NCBI GenBank assembly: GCA_963845535.1
Contig: CAWJSK010000015.1
Location: forward strand, 160,001 to 224,000
Source: an uncultured Spirochaetota bacterium
GTDB lineage: Bacteria > Spirochaetota > Spirochaetia > SZUA-6 > Fen-1364
DNA length: 64,000 bases
Reading direction: 5' to 3'
In this document: piece after piece, positions 19,484-29,276 of the stretch
Position numbering within the stretch: position 1 is the first letter of the stretch
Layout: the number at the start of each line of letters is the position of its first letter
The notes under the pieces: generated by a model
What the model was told of the DNA's origin: nothing
Databases searched by the model: none
Seen by the model: the letters and a program-made list of their open reading frames with translations, nothing else
Made by a program: the position numbers and the translations under genes

Positions 19484-19540
19484 GTTTTCGTTCTTGTTCG
19501 ATTAAGATGCGGGAAATGCAAAAACAGGGGGATGGGAGAA

Positions 19541-21226
19541 ATGAAGTCAACCTCAATGCACTTCTGTGCGGTCATGCTTGCGGCGCTGGCACTGGGCGCA
19601 TGCTCCACTGTTGGCGGCGGACACGGCACGGGACCCATTGACTCCTTCGCTTTCGCGGGCTCATCGAATCCCGGCCTTCCCCGGGACGTGGTCGGGAGGA
19701 TCATTGCCCAGGGAGAGCCGGAGCTCGTCATCGCCGTTGTCCCGCATGGGGTCGACATCCACAAGCTGATTGCAACCGTCCAGCTCAACACACAAGCGAT
19801 CATTTCGGTCATCACGGGTGACAATCGGATCGTGCAGACCAACGGGATAACGGCCAACGATTTCACTTCTCCCGTGCTCTACTCCATCGAGATCCCCGGC
19901 GAAAAGGAACCGTGGATGTACCGCGTGGTGGTGAGGGAGGCGGATACGAACGCGCGCCTGTCCCAGGTCACGCTTCCTGCGCGCGCCGTGCTGCAGCCGG
20001 CGTTCAGCTCGGTGGTTGACCAGTACACCATCCAGGTTCCGTTTGAGACCAAGAGCCTGAGCATTGCCGCCCTTGCGCAGAGCGCCAACCCTCAAAGCAT
20101 AGCCATTGGCGGAACATCCACGCCCGGCCATCTGGCGGTGGCGGAGGTGGATTTTTCCTCAGGCCAGCAGACCACGTTCCCCATCACCGTCCTTGCGGAG
20201 GACGGCACCACCCGCATGCGCTACACGTTCGTAGTGAAACGCAATCCGCCTGACCGTGACGCCCTCCTCGGCGTCCTGTACATCCCGGACGCGGTTTTCA
20301 GCCAGCCGTTCGCGCCGAACAAGTTCGCGTACTCCGCGTCCGTGTCCTTCGAGGTGCGCGAGGTCGTGCTCAATGCGCAGGCGCAGAGCCCGTACGGCTC
20401 CGTGAGCCTGACCATCCCGGGCGCCTCCGGCGGCCCGGTTGCGTTAGCCCGCGGCGCGAGCGCCGGCAATGTGCGGGTGGATTTCCCGTCCGGCGGGAGG
20501 CTCCCGCTCATCCTCACCGTCACGGCCCAGGACGGGACCACGCAAAGATACAACCTGGAGATCCTCCGCAGGGAGGCGAACAACAACAACAGGCTTTCGG
20601 ACCTGGTGGTCTCCGACGCCCCCCTCACGCCGCAGTTCAAGCCGGATACCCTGGCGTACATGGCGGAGGTGCCGTTTTCAATGAGCCGGCTGACCATCCG
20701 GACGCTGCCGCAGGACAGGAACGCGGCCATCACCATAGAAACCGCCCAGGCCGCCGGTCCAAACGCTTCTCCGCCGCCCTCTCTTCGCGCCTACCCCGGG
20801 GACCCGGCCGGCGTGCAGATCGACTTCAATGAGCCGGAGATGAAAGGCCTCAATATCGTGGCAACGGCGCAGAACGGGGAGACCCTGCGGTACACGCTCC
20901 TCCTGCACAGGTCCGCTCCTGACCGCACGGTGGATCTCGCTTCGCTCACCGCTTCTGCCGGCACACTCGCTCCCGCCGTCTCCCCCAAGGTGGACACATA
21001 CACGCTGAAGTTGCCGTCTGACGCCACCGGCGTTCAGCTCACCGCCACGGCGGCCAGCGCGTTCGCCCGCGTGGCGGCTGAAGGGGATCTGGCGCGTTCG
21101 CAGAGCGCGACAATTCCGGTGGATGCGGACCCCGGACAGAAGGTGACAGTCAGGTTCTATGTCACCGCCGAAGATGGAACGCAGAAGCTTTTCCAGGTCC
21201 AGGTGTCGCGCGACCTGCCGAAGTAG
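19541..21226 (+). CDS. Lipoprotein with repeated cadherin-like beta-sandwich domains
   Basis: Lipobox LALGAC; four repeats of L..L....L.P.F....Y...V(T/L)AEDGT..Y. Confidence 0.8.
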   Translation: MKSTSMHFCAVMLAALALGACSTVGGGHGTGPIDSFAFAGSSNPGLPRDVVGRIIAQGEPELVIAVVPHGVDIHKLIATVQLNTQAIISVITGDNRIVQTNGITANDFTSPVLYSIEIPGEKEPWMYRVVVREADTNARLSQVTLPARAVLQPAFSSVVDQYTIQVPFETKSLSIAALAQSANPQSIAIGGTSTPGHLAVAEVDFSSGQQTTFPITVLAEDGTTRMRYTFVVKRNPPDRDALLGVLYIPDAVFSQPFAPNKFAYSASVSFEVREVVLNAQAQSPYGSVSLTIPGASGGPVALARGASAGNVRVDFPSGGRLPLILTVTAQDGTTQRYNLEILRREANNNNRLSDLVVSDAPLTPQFKPDTLAYMAEVPFSMSRLTIRTLPQDRNAAITIETAQAAGPNASPPPSLRAYPGDPAGVQIDFNEPEMKGLNIVATAQNGETLRYTLLLHRSAPDRTVDLASLTASAGTLAPAVSPKVDTYTLKLPSDATGVQLTATAASAFARVAAEGDLARSQSATIPVDADPGQKVTVRFYVTAEDGTQKLFQVQVSRDLPK

Positions 21227-21271
21227 GTGAACGCGGCCTCGCAGCGCGCGGGGCGCACCGTCCCGTTTTGA

Positions 21272-21853
21272 TCAGCCGTAGACGGCCTGGATGAGGTCCT
21301 CTTCTGACCGCTTGGGAACGTGGTGGGTCCCCTCGGGATCACGGTAATACTTGATCGAACCCTCGGGCGGCAGCGCTTCCAGGACCACTTTTTCCACCGG
21401 CGTGCCGATTGCGATGACAAGAGCAATCGAAAGGCGCGGGGGGAGGGCAAGGGCTTCCGCAAGTTGCTCACGCTTGATTGCTCCGAACATGCATCCCCCC
21501 AACCCTTGAGCCGTGGCCGCCAGGAGAATGGTCTGAGCGGCTATCCCCACGTCGATGTCCGCGGACCGGGAAATGTCCGTGTCGAGGAGCACGACGATGT
21601 AAGCGGTTGGCCGTTCCTCAGGACTCGGCCCCGGCCAGTCCTTGAGGTACGCCGCCCACGCGAGGGACTGGAAAATCCGTTCGTTCATCTGGGGCGAGCA
21701 GGAGAGGACGTACTTCAGCGGCTGCCTGTTTGCGGCCGAGGGGACCCGCCGCGCCAGGGCTATCAGCCCCTTCAGCACGGTCATTGAGACCGCGGCGCCA
21801 GCGTTGAACCTTCGGTAGCTGCGGCACTTCGTGACAAGCTCGTACATTTCCAT
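21272..21853 (-). CDS. Nitroreductase family protein
   Basis: RSYRRF, PSAANRQPLKY, GIAAQTILL.A...GLGGC, HHVPKR. Confidence 0.9.
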   Translation of the reverse strand: MEMYELVTKCRSYRRFNAGAAVSMTVLKGLIALARRVPSAANRQPLKYVLSCSPQMNERIFQSLAWAAYLKDWPGPSPEERPTAYIVVLLDTDISRSADIDVGIAAQTILLAATAQGLGGCMFGAIKREQLAEALALPPRLSIALVIAIGTPVEKVVLEALPPEGSIKYYRDPEGTHHVPKRSEEDLIQAVYG

Positions 21854-21993
21854 GGTGAGGTGGATTCTATCGCCCCGGCGGCGCACGTGCAAAGAGCCGT
21901 TTTATGGTGAGCCCGACCGCGCTTCTGTACGGCGCCGATCTGTGCTTAACTATCGCGTTCCATAGTTTGTAAGAGCTGAAGGGACGCAAACAC

Positions 21994-23280
21994 ATGACAG
22001 AGCGCTTCGACCTCGTGATCGTCGGGACAGGGCCGGCAGGCCTGGGGGCGGCGTTCGCCTTCCGGGAGGCGCGCCCCGCGAGCTCCATCCTGCTCATCGA
22101 CAAATCCTCCCTGAGCACCGGCGGCTTGTGCAATGACTGCAAGATGAACTTCACTTTCCCCATCGGCTTTCCCCTGGAGTACTGGGACCGGTCCGCCGCG
22201 GAGAAATACCTGGGAGTTGTGGGCGCCCGGCTCCAGCCCCGGATCCTCTCGAAGAGCAACCTCCGGATTTACGCGAACAGGGCGCAGAAGCTCGGCGTAG
22301 AGCTTCTGGAGGTCCGCCAGAGCCATCTGGGAACGGACGGCGGCGTGGCGCTGGCGCGCGCCATGACGGAGGAGCTGGCGAAAGCGGGAGCGGCCGTGTC
22401 CCTGGGAGAGACGGCGCTCGACGTCCGGGAAGTCGACCACCTGCTCGTGACGGATCGACGGGAGATCAGCTTTGGAAACCTCGTCATTGCGCCCGGCCGC
22501 AAGGGTTTCGCGTTCCTTCAAGCGCTCATGGACAGGTTGGAAGTCCCGTATGTCGACAACGTGGTCGACATCGGTCTTCGCCTCGAAGCGCGGGAGGACA
22601 ACTACCCCATCGTGCGGGACTACTACGACCCGAAGTTCCATTTCCCGCAGAAAGTGCGCACGTTCTGCACGAACAGCGGACGGGCGTTCGTGGTCAAGGA
22701 GAGGTATGAGGACGCGGACGGACGCGTGTACTTCAGCGTGAACGGCCACGCGTTTTCCAAGCGGGGGCAGGCGAACGGCCTCGTCAACTTCGCGCTCCTC
22801 AAGACCGTGCGGTTCACCGAGCCCCTGGCAAGCGGCCAGGAGTTCGCGCAGATGCTGGGCCAGCAAGCCATGCTCATGGGCGGAGGCCAGCCGCTCATGC
22901 AGCGCGTAGGGGATTTTCGCCTCGGCAAGCGGTCCAAGGCGGAGAGCTTCAATGAGGACCTGTATGACTTTGCGCCGACTCTTTCCGCCTGCACGCCGGG
23001 CGACATCGCCCTTGCCATGCCCTCCAAGATCCTGCGCGCAATCTGGCGTTCGATGAAAGTCCTGGACACGATCATCCCCGGAGTCCTGCATCCTTCCACC
23101 ATCATGTACTATCCCGAGATCAAGCTGTACGGAAACAGGCCGCGTTTCATCGACGCAAGCTTCCAGGCCCGGCCGGGAATCTGGATGATCGGGGACGGGG
23201 CCGGTACAAGCCGGGGGATCACGGCGGCCTGGGCAAGCGGCATACGCGCCGCGGAGGGCATCCTCTCGAACGCTCGCTGA
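21994..23280 (+). CDS. FAD-dependent oxidoreductase
   Basis: IVGTGPAG, VRTFCTN, VNGH, YYPEIK, GDGAGTSRGI. Confidence 0.85.
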   Translation: MTERFDLVIVGTGPAGLGAAFAFREARPASSILLIDKSSLSTGGLCNDCKMNFTFPIGFPLEYWDRSAAEKYLGVVGARLQPRILSKSNLRIYANRAQKLGVELLEVRQSHLGTDGGVALARAMTEELAKAGAAVSLGETALDVREVDHLLVTDRREISFGNLVIAPGRKGFAFLQALMDRLEVPYVDNVVDIGLRLEAREDNYPIVRDYYDPKFHFPQKVRTFCTNSGRAFVVKERYEDADGRVYFSVNGHAFSKRGQANGLVNFALLKTVRFTEPLASGQEFAQMLGQQAMLMGGGQPLMQRVGDFRLGKRSKAESFNEDLYDFAPTLSACTPGDIALAMPSKILRAIWRSMKVLDTIIPGVLHPSTIMYYPEIKLYGNRPRFIDASFQARPGIWMIGDGAGTSRGITAAWASGIRAAEGILSNAR

Positions 23281-23342
23281 CGGTTCGCATCCTGCGGGGT
23301 GAGCAGCCGTCTCGGCGGAAGCCTCATGCGCACGCCTGAAGA

Positions 23343-23380
23343 ATAACTGATTCTTAACGTTATCCTAATTGAAAGCTAAT
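23343..23380 (+). promoter_or_regulatory. Pho-box-like array upstream of phnG
   Basis: ATAAC/TTAAC/CTAAT/CTAAT at 23343, 23354, 23365 and 23376: exact 11-bp period. Confidence 0.6.
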
Positions 23381-23405
23381 GCAGGGCTGCTTCTGTGATC
23401 CCGCC

Positions 23406-23816
23406 ATGATGGAGTACTCACAGATCGCGGCAGAGGGAAGGGCCGAAGCGGTGCGAGAGATTGCGCAAGCCATCGTGGACCGGCTGCCCGTCAGGATGCT
23501 CAAGCCTCCCTCTGCCGGCATGGTCATGGTCAGACAGATCGACCCGCTGGAAAACATCCCCTTCCTGCTCGGAGAGGCGTATGTCACCGAATGCGAGGTC
23601 GAGGTGGATGGCTCGGCCGGCTACGGATGCGTCCTCGGCTCGGACGAAGAGCGCGCTTTGTGCAGCGCGCTGCTGGACGCGGTAGTGGGCGGGGGCCACC
23701 CCAAGGCCTCGGAGATTACGCCCCTCCTCGAAGCCGAGGAAAAGCGGATCAGGCAGCGATGGGATGCGGAAAGCACGGCCGCAGCGAGCACCCGCGTCAG
23801 CTTCGAGACGCGATAA
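23406..23816 (+). CDS. phnG: C-P lyase subunit PhnG
   Basis: GMVMV, FLLGEAYVTECEV, GYGCVLG, ALLDA, STRVSF. Confidence 0.85.
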   Translation: MMEYSQIAAEGRAEAVREIAQAIVDRLPVRMLKPPSAGMVMVRQIDPLENIPFLLGEAYVTECEVEVDGSAGYGCVLGSDEERALCSALLDAVVGGGHPKASEITPLLEAEEKRIRQRWDAESTAAASTRVSFETR

Positions 23817-23844
23817 GGGCCTGAGGGAATGAAGAGACCGGGAA

Positions 23845-24456
23845 ATGGTTCGTGAGACGGCTTTTGACGAGGTGTTCGACAGCCAGGCGACCTTCCGGGT
23901 CATGCTGGACTGCCTGAGCAGACCCGGCAACATCCGCACCGTTCCCGCGAGACCCTACGAGCTGGCGCCGGCGGAGTTCTGTCCCTCCGTGCTCTCTCTC
24001 CTGAAGACCGTGTGCGATCACCGTGTGTCTTTTTCGATCGGATCCCCCGCCTCCAGGCCTGATTGGGTGGCATATCTCGAGATGAACCTGTCCACTCCTT
24101 TCCGCCAGGTGAATGAGGCGGAGTATGCGCTTTTCGAGGGAGGGACGTTCGACCCGGATTTCTCCCGCCTGAATCGGGGGACGCTCGAGTTCCCGGAGAG
24201 CTCCGCCACCGCCTTCATTTGCGTGCAACGGCTTTCGGATGAGAAGCCGTCCGGCGTGCCTTCCCGCGAGCTTCGCGTAAAAGGACCCGGCGTGAGGGAC
24301 CTGACGGTCCTCTCGGTCACCGGTCTGGACGCGCGCTACCTGGAAGAGCGCTCGCAGGCGAACAGGTTCTACCCTTTGGGGATCGACCTCTTTCTCGTGG
24401 ACGCGGAAGGAAGAGTGGCCGGCATCCCGCGCACGAGCGCCGTGGAGGTCCGCTGA
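23845..24456 (+). CDS. phnH: C-P lyase subunit PhnH
   Basis: DSQATFRVMLDCLSRPG, GTLEFPESSAT, GPG, YPLGIDL, GIPRT. Confidence 0.92.
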   Translation: MVRETAFDEVFDSQATFRVMLDCLSRPGNIRTVPARPYELAPAEFCPSVLSLLKTVCDHRVSFSIGSPASRPDWVAYLEMNLSTPFRQVNEAEYALFEGGTFDPDFSRLNRGTLEFPESSATAFICVQRLSDEKPSGVPSRELRVKGPGVRDLTVLSVTGLDARYLEERSQANRFYPLGIDLFLVDAEGRVAGIPRTSAVEVR

Positions 24457-25547
24457 TGGGATACGTCGCGGTCCAGGGCGGGGTCACCGCCATCGAGAGC
24501 TCCCAGAAGCTCAATCGATATCTGAGGCTCAAAGGCTCGAGCGCGCCGCTCACGGTCAGTCAGATCATGGAGCAGATGGGCCCGCTCGTCGACAGGGTGA
24601 TGAGCGAAGGGGGGCTTTTCTCACCGTTTCACGCGGCGCTTGCCATCAAACAGGCGTCCGGCGACCCTATCGAAGCGGCCTTCCTCCTTCGGGCCTACCG
24701 GTCCACGCTTCGCCGCCTCGTGGACAGCCTTCCCGTCCATACGGAGGAGATGCGAATCCTGCGGCGCATCTCCAGCGCGTTCAAGACCATCCCGGGAGGG
24801 CAGGTCCTGGGCTCCACGTCGGACTACGAGCAGAGGATCCTCGATTTTTCACTCGCGGAGGAGACCACGGAGACGCAGCAGCGGGTTGTCGGCGAGTTCG
24901 AGGCAGGGCTCGAAAACGCGAACGACCCGCTGGAGCCCGCCCGCTTCCGCAAGGTGGTGGACATGCTTCGTGATCAGGACCTGGTTCCGCCCGTGCCGCC
25001 GGCTTCCCCTGCGGAGCCCACCGACATCACCCAGGAGTCCGCCACGTTCCCTCTGGACCGAAGCGGGAGGCTGCAGATGCTTGCACGCGCGGAGACGGGA
25101 GGCGTGCTTGCCCTGGCGTACAGCAGCATGCGCGGGTACGGAAGCATCCACCCGACCGTCGGTGAGCTGCGCGTGGGCCGCGTGGCGGTCCGGATCCCGC
25201 ATCCCTGGCGCAAAGGTTCGGCGCTCACGCTCGGTTCCGTGTCGATCACGGAGGTGGAGATCGTGGCTTCCGTCCAGCGCGCGGATGACGGGGCAAAGCC
25301 GACTTTCACCCTGGGATACGGCTCTTGTTTCGGCCACAACGAGGTGAAGGCGATCTCTCTGGGCGTGCTCGACCGGGCCATGCGGTCAACGTCCCCTCAC
25401 GCTCCGGCGGAGGACCAGGAGTTCGTTCTCCTGCACACCGACGGCGTGGAGTCATCCGGCTTCTGCTCCCACTTCAAGCTCCCGCATTACGTTACGTTCC
25501 AGGCTGACCTCGACAGGCTCCGCACCCAGAGGGGTGGTGAAGAATGA
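24456..25547 (+). CDS. phnI: C-P lyase subunit PhnI
   Basis: MGYVAVQGG, VDRVMSEG, EAAFLLRAYRSTL, HPTVGELRVG, HFKLPHYVTFQ. Confidence 0.95.
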   Translation: MGYVAVQGGVTAIESSQKLNRYLRLKGSSAPLTVSQIMEQMGPLVDRVMSEGGLFSPFHAALAIKQASGDPIEAAFLLRAYRSTLRRLVDSLPVHTEEMRILRRISSAFKTIPGGQVLGSTSDYEQRILDFSLAEETTETQQRVVGEFEAGLENANDPLEPARFRKVVDMLRDQDLVPPVPPASPAEPTDITQESATFPLDRSGRLQMLARAETGGVLALAYSSMRGYGSIHPTVGELRVGRVAVRIPHPWRKGSALTLGSVSITEVEIVASVQRADDGAKPTFTLGYGSCFGHNEVKAISLGVLDRAMRSTSPHAPAEDQEFVLLHTDGVESSGFCSHFKLPHYVTFQADLDRLRTQRGGEE

Positions 25548-26440
25548 CCCTGAAAGACCTTGTGCCCCGCAGGGATGGCTTCCGGTACAACTTCGCCTTC
25601 ATCGACGAAGGCGTGAAGAAGGAAGTGCGGAGATCGCTCTTGAAGGCCGTAGCGCTGCCGGGCCACCAGGTGCCTTTCGCGTCTCCCGAGCTTCCCATTG
25701 CCCGCGGGTGGGGGACCGGGGGCCTTCAGGTCACCATGTCGATCATTGGCCCGAACGACGTGCTGAAAATCATCGACCAGGGCTGCGACGGCAGCGTGAA
25801 CGCGGTGAACCTGCGCAAGCTGCTGGTGGCCACCACCGGCGTGCGCACCACCTTCGACTCCCGTGAGGCCACCATCCTGCAGTCCCGTCACAGGCTGCCG
25901 GAGATCCCCCTTCGGGCGGACCAGATTGCCGTGCTGCAGGTCCCGCTTCCCGAGCCCCTCCGCCTGGTCGAGCCCAGCGAGGTGGAGACGCGCCGGATGC
26001 ATTCCGAGGGTGATTATGCGCGAATGTGGGTGTCGCTCTATGAGGACGTTGTCCAGAACGGCTCCATCTCTCTGACGTCCGGCTATCCGGTCCGCGTCAA
26101 CGACAGCTACATCATGTCTCCTTCCCCTCTCCCTCGGTGGGACCTTCCCCTGCTTCACGGCTCTGAGCATCTGACCCTCCTCGGCGCAGGGCGCGAAAAG
26201 CGGGTCTACGCCGTGCCGCCGCACACCTCCGTTCAACCCCTGGAGTTCGAGGACATGCCCTTCACGGTGGAGAACTTTTCCGGCATGACCTGCGCGCGCT
26301 GCGGCTCAAGCGGAACCTTCCTTGACGAGATCTATGATGAGAGGACCGGCCAGGCGTCACGCGTCTGTTCGGACTCCGGGTTCTGCGACCTGGTCCGGGA
26401 GGGGGCAATCCCCCGACGGGGGAGGCGCGCCCATGGGTGA
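25544..26440 (+). CDS. phnJ: Radical-SAM C-P lyase PhnJ
   Basis: YNFAFIDE, LPGHQVPF, GWGTGG, IDQG, GAGREKR, and the CARC...CSDSGFC cysteine set. Confidence 0.96.
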   Translation: MTLKDLVPRRDGFRYNFAFIDEGVKKEVRRSLLKAVALPGHQVPFASPELPIARGWGTGGLQVTMSIIGPNDVLKIIDQGCDGSVNAVNLRKLLVATTGVRTTFDSREATILQSRHRLPEIPLRADQIAVLQVPLPEPLRLVEPSEVETRRMHSEGDYARMWVSLYEDVVQNGSISLTSGYPVRVNDSYIMSPSPLPRWDLPLLHGSEHLTLLGAGREKRVYAVPPHTSVQPLEFEDMPFTVENFSGMTCARCGSSGTFLDEIYDERTGQASRVCSDSGFCDLVREGAIPRRGRRAHG

Positions 26441-27270
26441 CCACGTCCTTCTCAGCGTCCGGGACCTCGAGAAAGCGCTACGGCCCGGGATGCGAGTCCT
26501 GCGGCACGCTCACGGGTCCGGAGCATTCGACGAACCTGTGCCCGCGGTGCGGCTCCGTGGCCGCCGTCAACGGCGTCAGTTTCGAGCTGAAGGAAGGGGA
26601 GATCCTTGGCGTCGTCGGGGAAAGCGGGTCGGGCAAGAGCACGCTCGTCCAGTGCATCTACTTCGACCAGGACGCCACCCAGGGGGAGATCCGCGTCAAC
26701 GGGCATGGCAGCGGAGGCAACATCCTGGGGCTGCCTCGCAGCGAGAAGCGGAAGCTGCGCGGCCGGCTCATGGGCATGGTGTATCAGAACCCGCTGCGCG
26801 GCTTGCGCATGGACATCACGAGCGGCGCCAACGTGGCGGAAAAGCTTCTGGAGGCCGACGTCTTCCATTTTGCTCGCATCCGGGAAAGGGCATCGGCGCT
26901 CCTTGCCCGCACGGAGATCCCCGAGCCGTACATTGATCGTTTCCCCAAGTCCCTTTCCGGCGGCATGCAGCAGCGGATCCAGATTGCAAAGGCGCTTGCG
27001 AACAACCCGCCGCTCATCCTCCTGGACGAGGTGACCTCGGGTCTGGACGTCAGCGTGCAGGCCCGGGTGCTGGATCTCATCCGCGAGCTTCAACGCGAGC
27101 TGGGGATTTCGATGATCGTGGTGTCCCACGACATGGGAGTGATCCGGCTCCTCGCGGACCGCACGCTTGTCATGAAAGACGGGTGCGTGGTGGAGCAGGG
27201 GCTCACGGACCAGGTGCTCGAGGACCCGCAGCATTCCTATACGCAACTTCTCGTGCACTCCGCCTTGTAA
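26433..27270 (+). CDS. phnK: C-P lyase ATPase PhnK, +1 frameshift near 26472
   Basis: RBS and ATG 26433 give MGDHVLLSVRDLEK, then the frame switches to RYGPGCESC; GESGSGKST, SGGMQQR, GLDVSVQA, GLTDQVLEDPQH. Confidence 0.88.
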
Positions 27271-27321
27271 AGGGCGCGGCCTGAGCGCGGAGAGGACGGC
27301 CATGAAAGTGAGATACGGACC

Positions 27322-28020
27322 ATGATGCGATGCGAAGCGCTTTCCAAGACCTTCCTCATGCACGCGCGTGACGAGATGAGGATCCCCTCCTTCACGGATA
27401 TGAGCTTTCGCGTATCCCAGGGGGAGTTCCTCGGCATCAGCGGCCCCAGCGGAGCCGGCAAGTCCTCGCTCCTGAAGTGCCTCTACAGGACGTACCTCCC
27501 CACCACGGGCGCAATCTGGTACACCGACGCCGCCGCGGAGACCCGGGACCTCGCTGCCGCTGACGAGCACGCCATCCTGCGGCTCCGCCGCCACGAAATC
27601 GGGTACATTTCCCAGTTCTTCCCCGTAATTCCCCGCGTGTCGGCGCTGGACACCATTGCGGACAGCATGGTTGCGAGGGGTTTTGCCAGGGAGGCAAGCC
27701 TCCTGCGGGCGCGGGAGCTTCTGGACCGCCTTGGCATCCCGCGCTCCCTCTGGGGCCTGTCTCCGTCCACGTTCTCCGGGGGAGAGAAGCAGAGGATCAA
27801 CATCATCCACGCGGTGGCTGCCCGGCCCCGCCTGCTTCTCCTGGACGAGCCCACCGCCTCACTCGATGCTGCTGCGGCCGCTGAGGTTGTTTCAATCATC
27901 AAGGAGCTGAAAGAGGAGGGGACTGCGATGATAGGTATTTTCCACGATAGGGCTCTCCTCATGAGCCTTTCCGATCAGGTCATCGAAATGACGCCCATTC
28001 CCGTGGGGGGAGTGGCATGA
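27322..28020 (+). CDS. phnL: C-P lyase ATPase PhnL
   Basis: LSKTF.MH, GPSGAGKSS, YISQFF.VIPRV, PSTFSGGEKQRIN, GIFHD. The best RBS precedes an out-of-frame ATG at 27302. Confidence 0.92.
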   Translation: MMRCEALSKTFLMHARDEMRIPSFTDMSFRVSQGEFLGISGPSGAGKSSLLKCLYRTYLPTTGAIWYTDAAAETRDLAAADEHAILRLRRHEIGYISQFFPVIPRVSALDTIADSMVARGFAREASLLRARELLDRLGIPRSLWGLSPSTFSGGEKQRINIIHAVAARPRLLLLDEPTASLDAAAAAEVVSIIKELKEEGTAMIGIFHDRALLMSLSDQVIEMTPIPVGGVA

Positions 28021-29276
28021 AGGACGCCGTCGTGAGGGACACCGTTTTCACGGACGTGCGTATTGTGACTCCCGATGACGTGCTCGAGCGCGGCACGGTG
28101 GTCATTCGGGACGGAAGGATCATCTCCCTCGAAGGCGGGGGCCGGCGCGCATCCGTGCCGGCCGGAGCGACGGTTGTCGAGGGCCAGGACAGGCTCCTGA
28201 TGCCCGGGTTCGTCGACCTCCATAACGACGGGATCGAGCAGGAGATAGAGCCCCGGCCGCGCGCCGTCTTTCCCCTGGCCGTCGCTCTCCCGTCCCTGGA
28301 GAGCCAGCTCGTCAGTCACGGCATAACGACGATCTTCCACTCCTTTTCCTTCATGGATGGGCGGGAAGGGACGCTTCATCCCGACGTGCTGGAGCCCACG
28401 GTGCGGGAGCTGAACGCCCTGCGCCGCTCCGGGGTGATCCGGCACCTCGTGCACGCCCGCTATGAGATGGTGGAGGTTCATCACTACGAACGGTTTCGCC
28501 GCCTCATTGATGAGCGCCTCGTCAACCTCGTGTCCTTCATGGATCACACCCCCGGGCAGGGGCAGTATCGCAACCCCGAATACCTCGTGAACTACTACAT
28601 CCGCAAGTACAACACCCCGATGAGCGAGATCCAGGCCATCCTCAAGGAACGGGAGCAGAAGGCCCGCAACCCCGAGGTGGGAGAGGTGCTTCGCAAGCTT
28701 TCGGCCTACGCCCGGGATGCCGGGCTGCCCTTGGCGTCCCACGACGATGATACCGCGGAAAAAGTGGCGCGCATGGGCCGGCTGGGGATCACGATCAGCG
28801 AGTTTCCCGTCGAGATGGCGGCCGCCGAGGCCGCAGCCCAGAGCGGGATGCACGTGGCGGTCGGCGCGCCGAACGTGCTGCGGGGGAAATCCACCTCGAA
28901 CAACTTGAGCGCGCTGGAAGCCATCATGAGCAACGCCGTTGACATCCTCTGCTCGGACTACTACAGCCCCGCGCTGCTCCACGCGGTGTTCCGTCTCTTT
29001 CGGGAGGGCCGCCTTTCGCTGCCGAAAGCGGTGCGTATGGTAAGCGCCAACCCGGCCCGCGCCGCCGGTCTGCACGCGGAGCTTGGCTCGATCGAGGTGG
29101 GAAAGCGCGCGGACCTGATCATGGTCAGCGACTCTGCTGACCTTCCCTCCGTGGTCGGCGCATGGGTCGGAGGGCGGCCCGTTTTCGAGAAGCATGACAG
29201 CGCCTTGAACCCGCTGGGAGACCGCTGGGCCCAGGAAGTCTCCTCCTTCCAAGGGGAGGCAGCGCATGCTCTATGA
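28017..29276 (+). CDS. phnM: Alpha-D-ribose 1-methylphosphonate 5-triphosphate diphosphatase PhnM
   Basis: PGFVDLHND, PRP, MDHTPGQGQY, ASHDDDT, GAPNVLRG, ILCSDY. Confidence 0.95.
   Translation: MKDAVVRDTVFTDVRIVTPDDVLERGTVVIRDGRIISLEGGGRRASVPAGATVVEGQDRLLMPGFVDLHNDGIEQEIEPRPRAVFPLAVALPSLESQLVSHGITTIFHSFSFMDGREGTLHPDVLEPTVRELNALRRSGVIRHLVHARYEMVEVHHYERFRRLIDERLVNLVSFMDHTPGQGQYRNPEYLVNYYIRKYNTPMSEIQAILKEREQKARNPEVGEVLRKLSAYARDAGLPLASHDDDTAEKVARMGRLGITISEFPVEMAAAEAAAQSGMHVAVGAPNVLRGKSTSNNLSALEAIMSNAVDILCSDYYSPALLHAVFRLFREGRLSLPKAVRMVSANPARAAGLHAELGSIEVGKRADLIMVSDSADLPSVVGAWVGGRPVFEKHDSALNPLGDRWAQEVSSFQGEAAHAL

Noticed and set aside
21272..23280. Nitroreductase and FAD oxidoreductase as electron donors for PhnJ
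   Set aside because: Separated from phnG by an intergenic region with its own boxes; adjacency is the only support.
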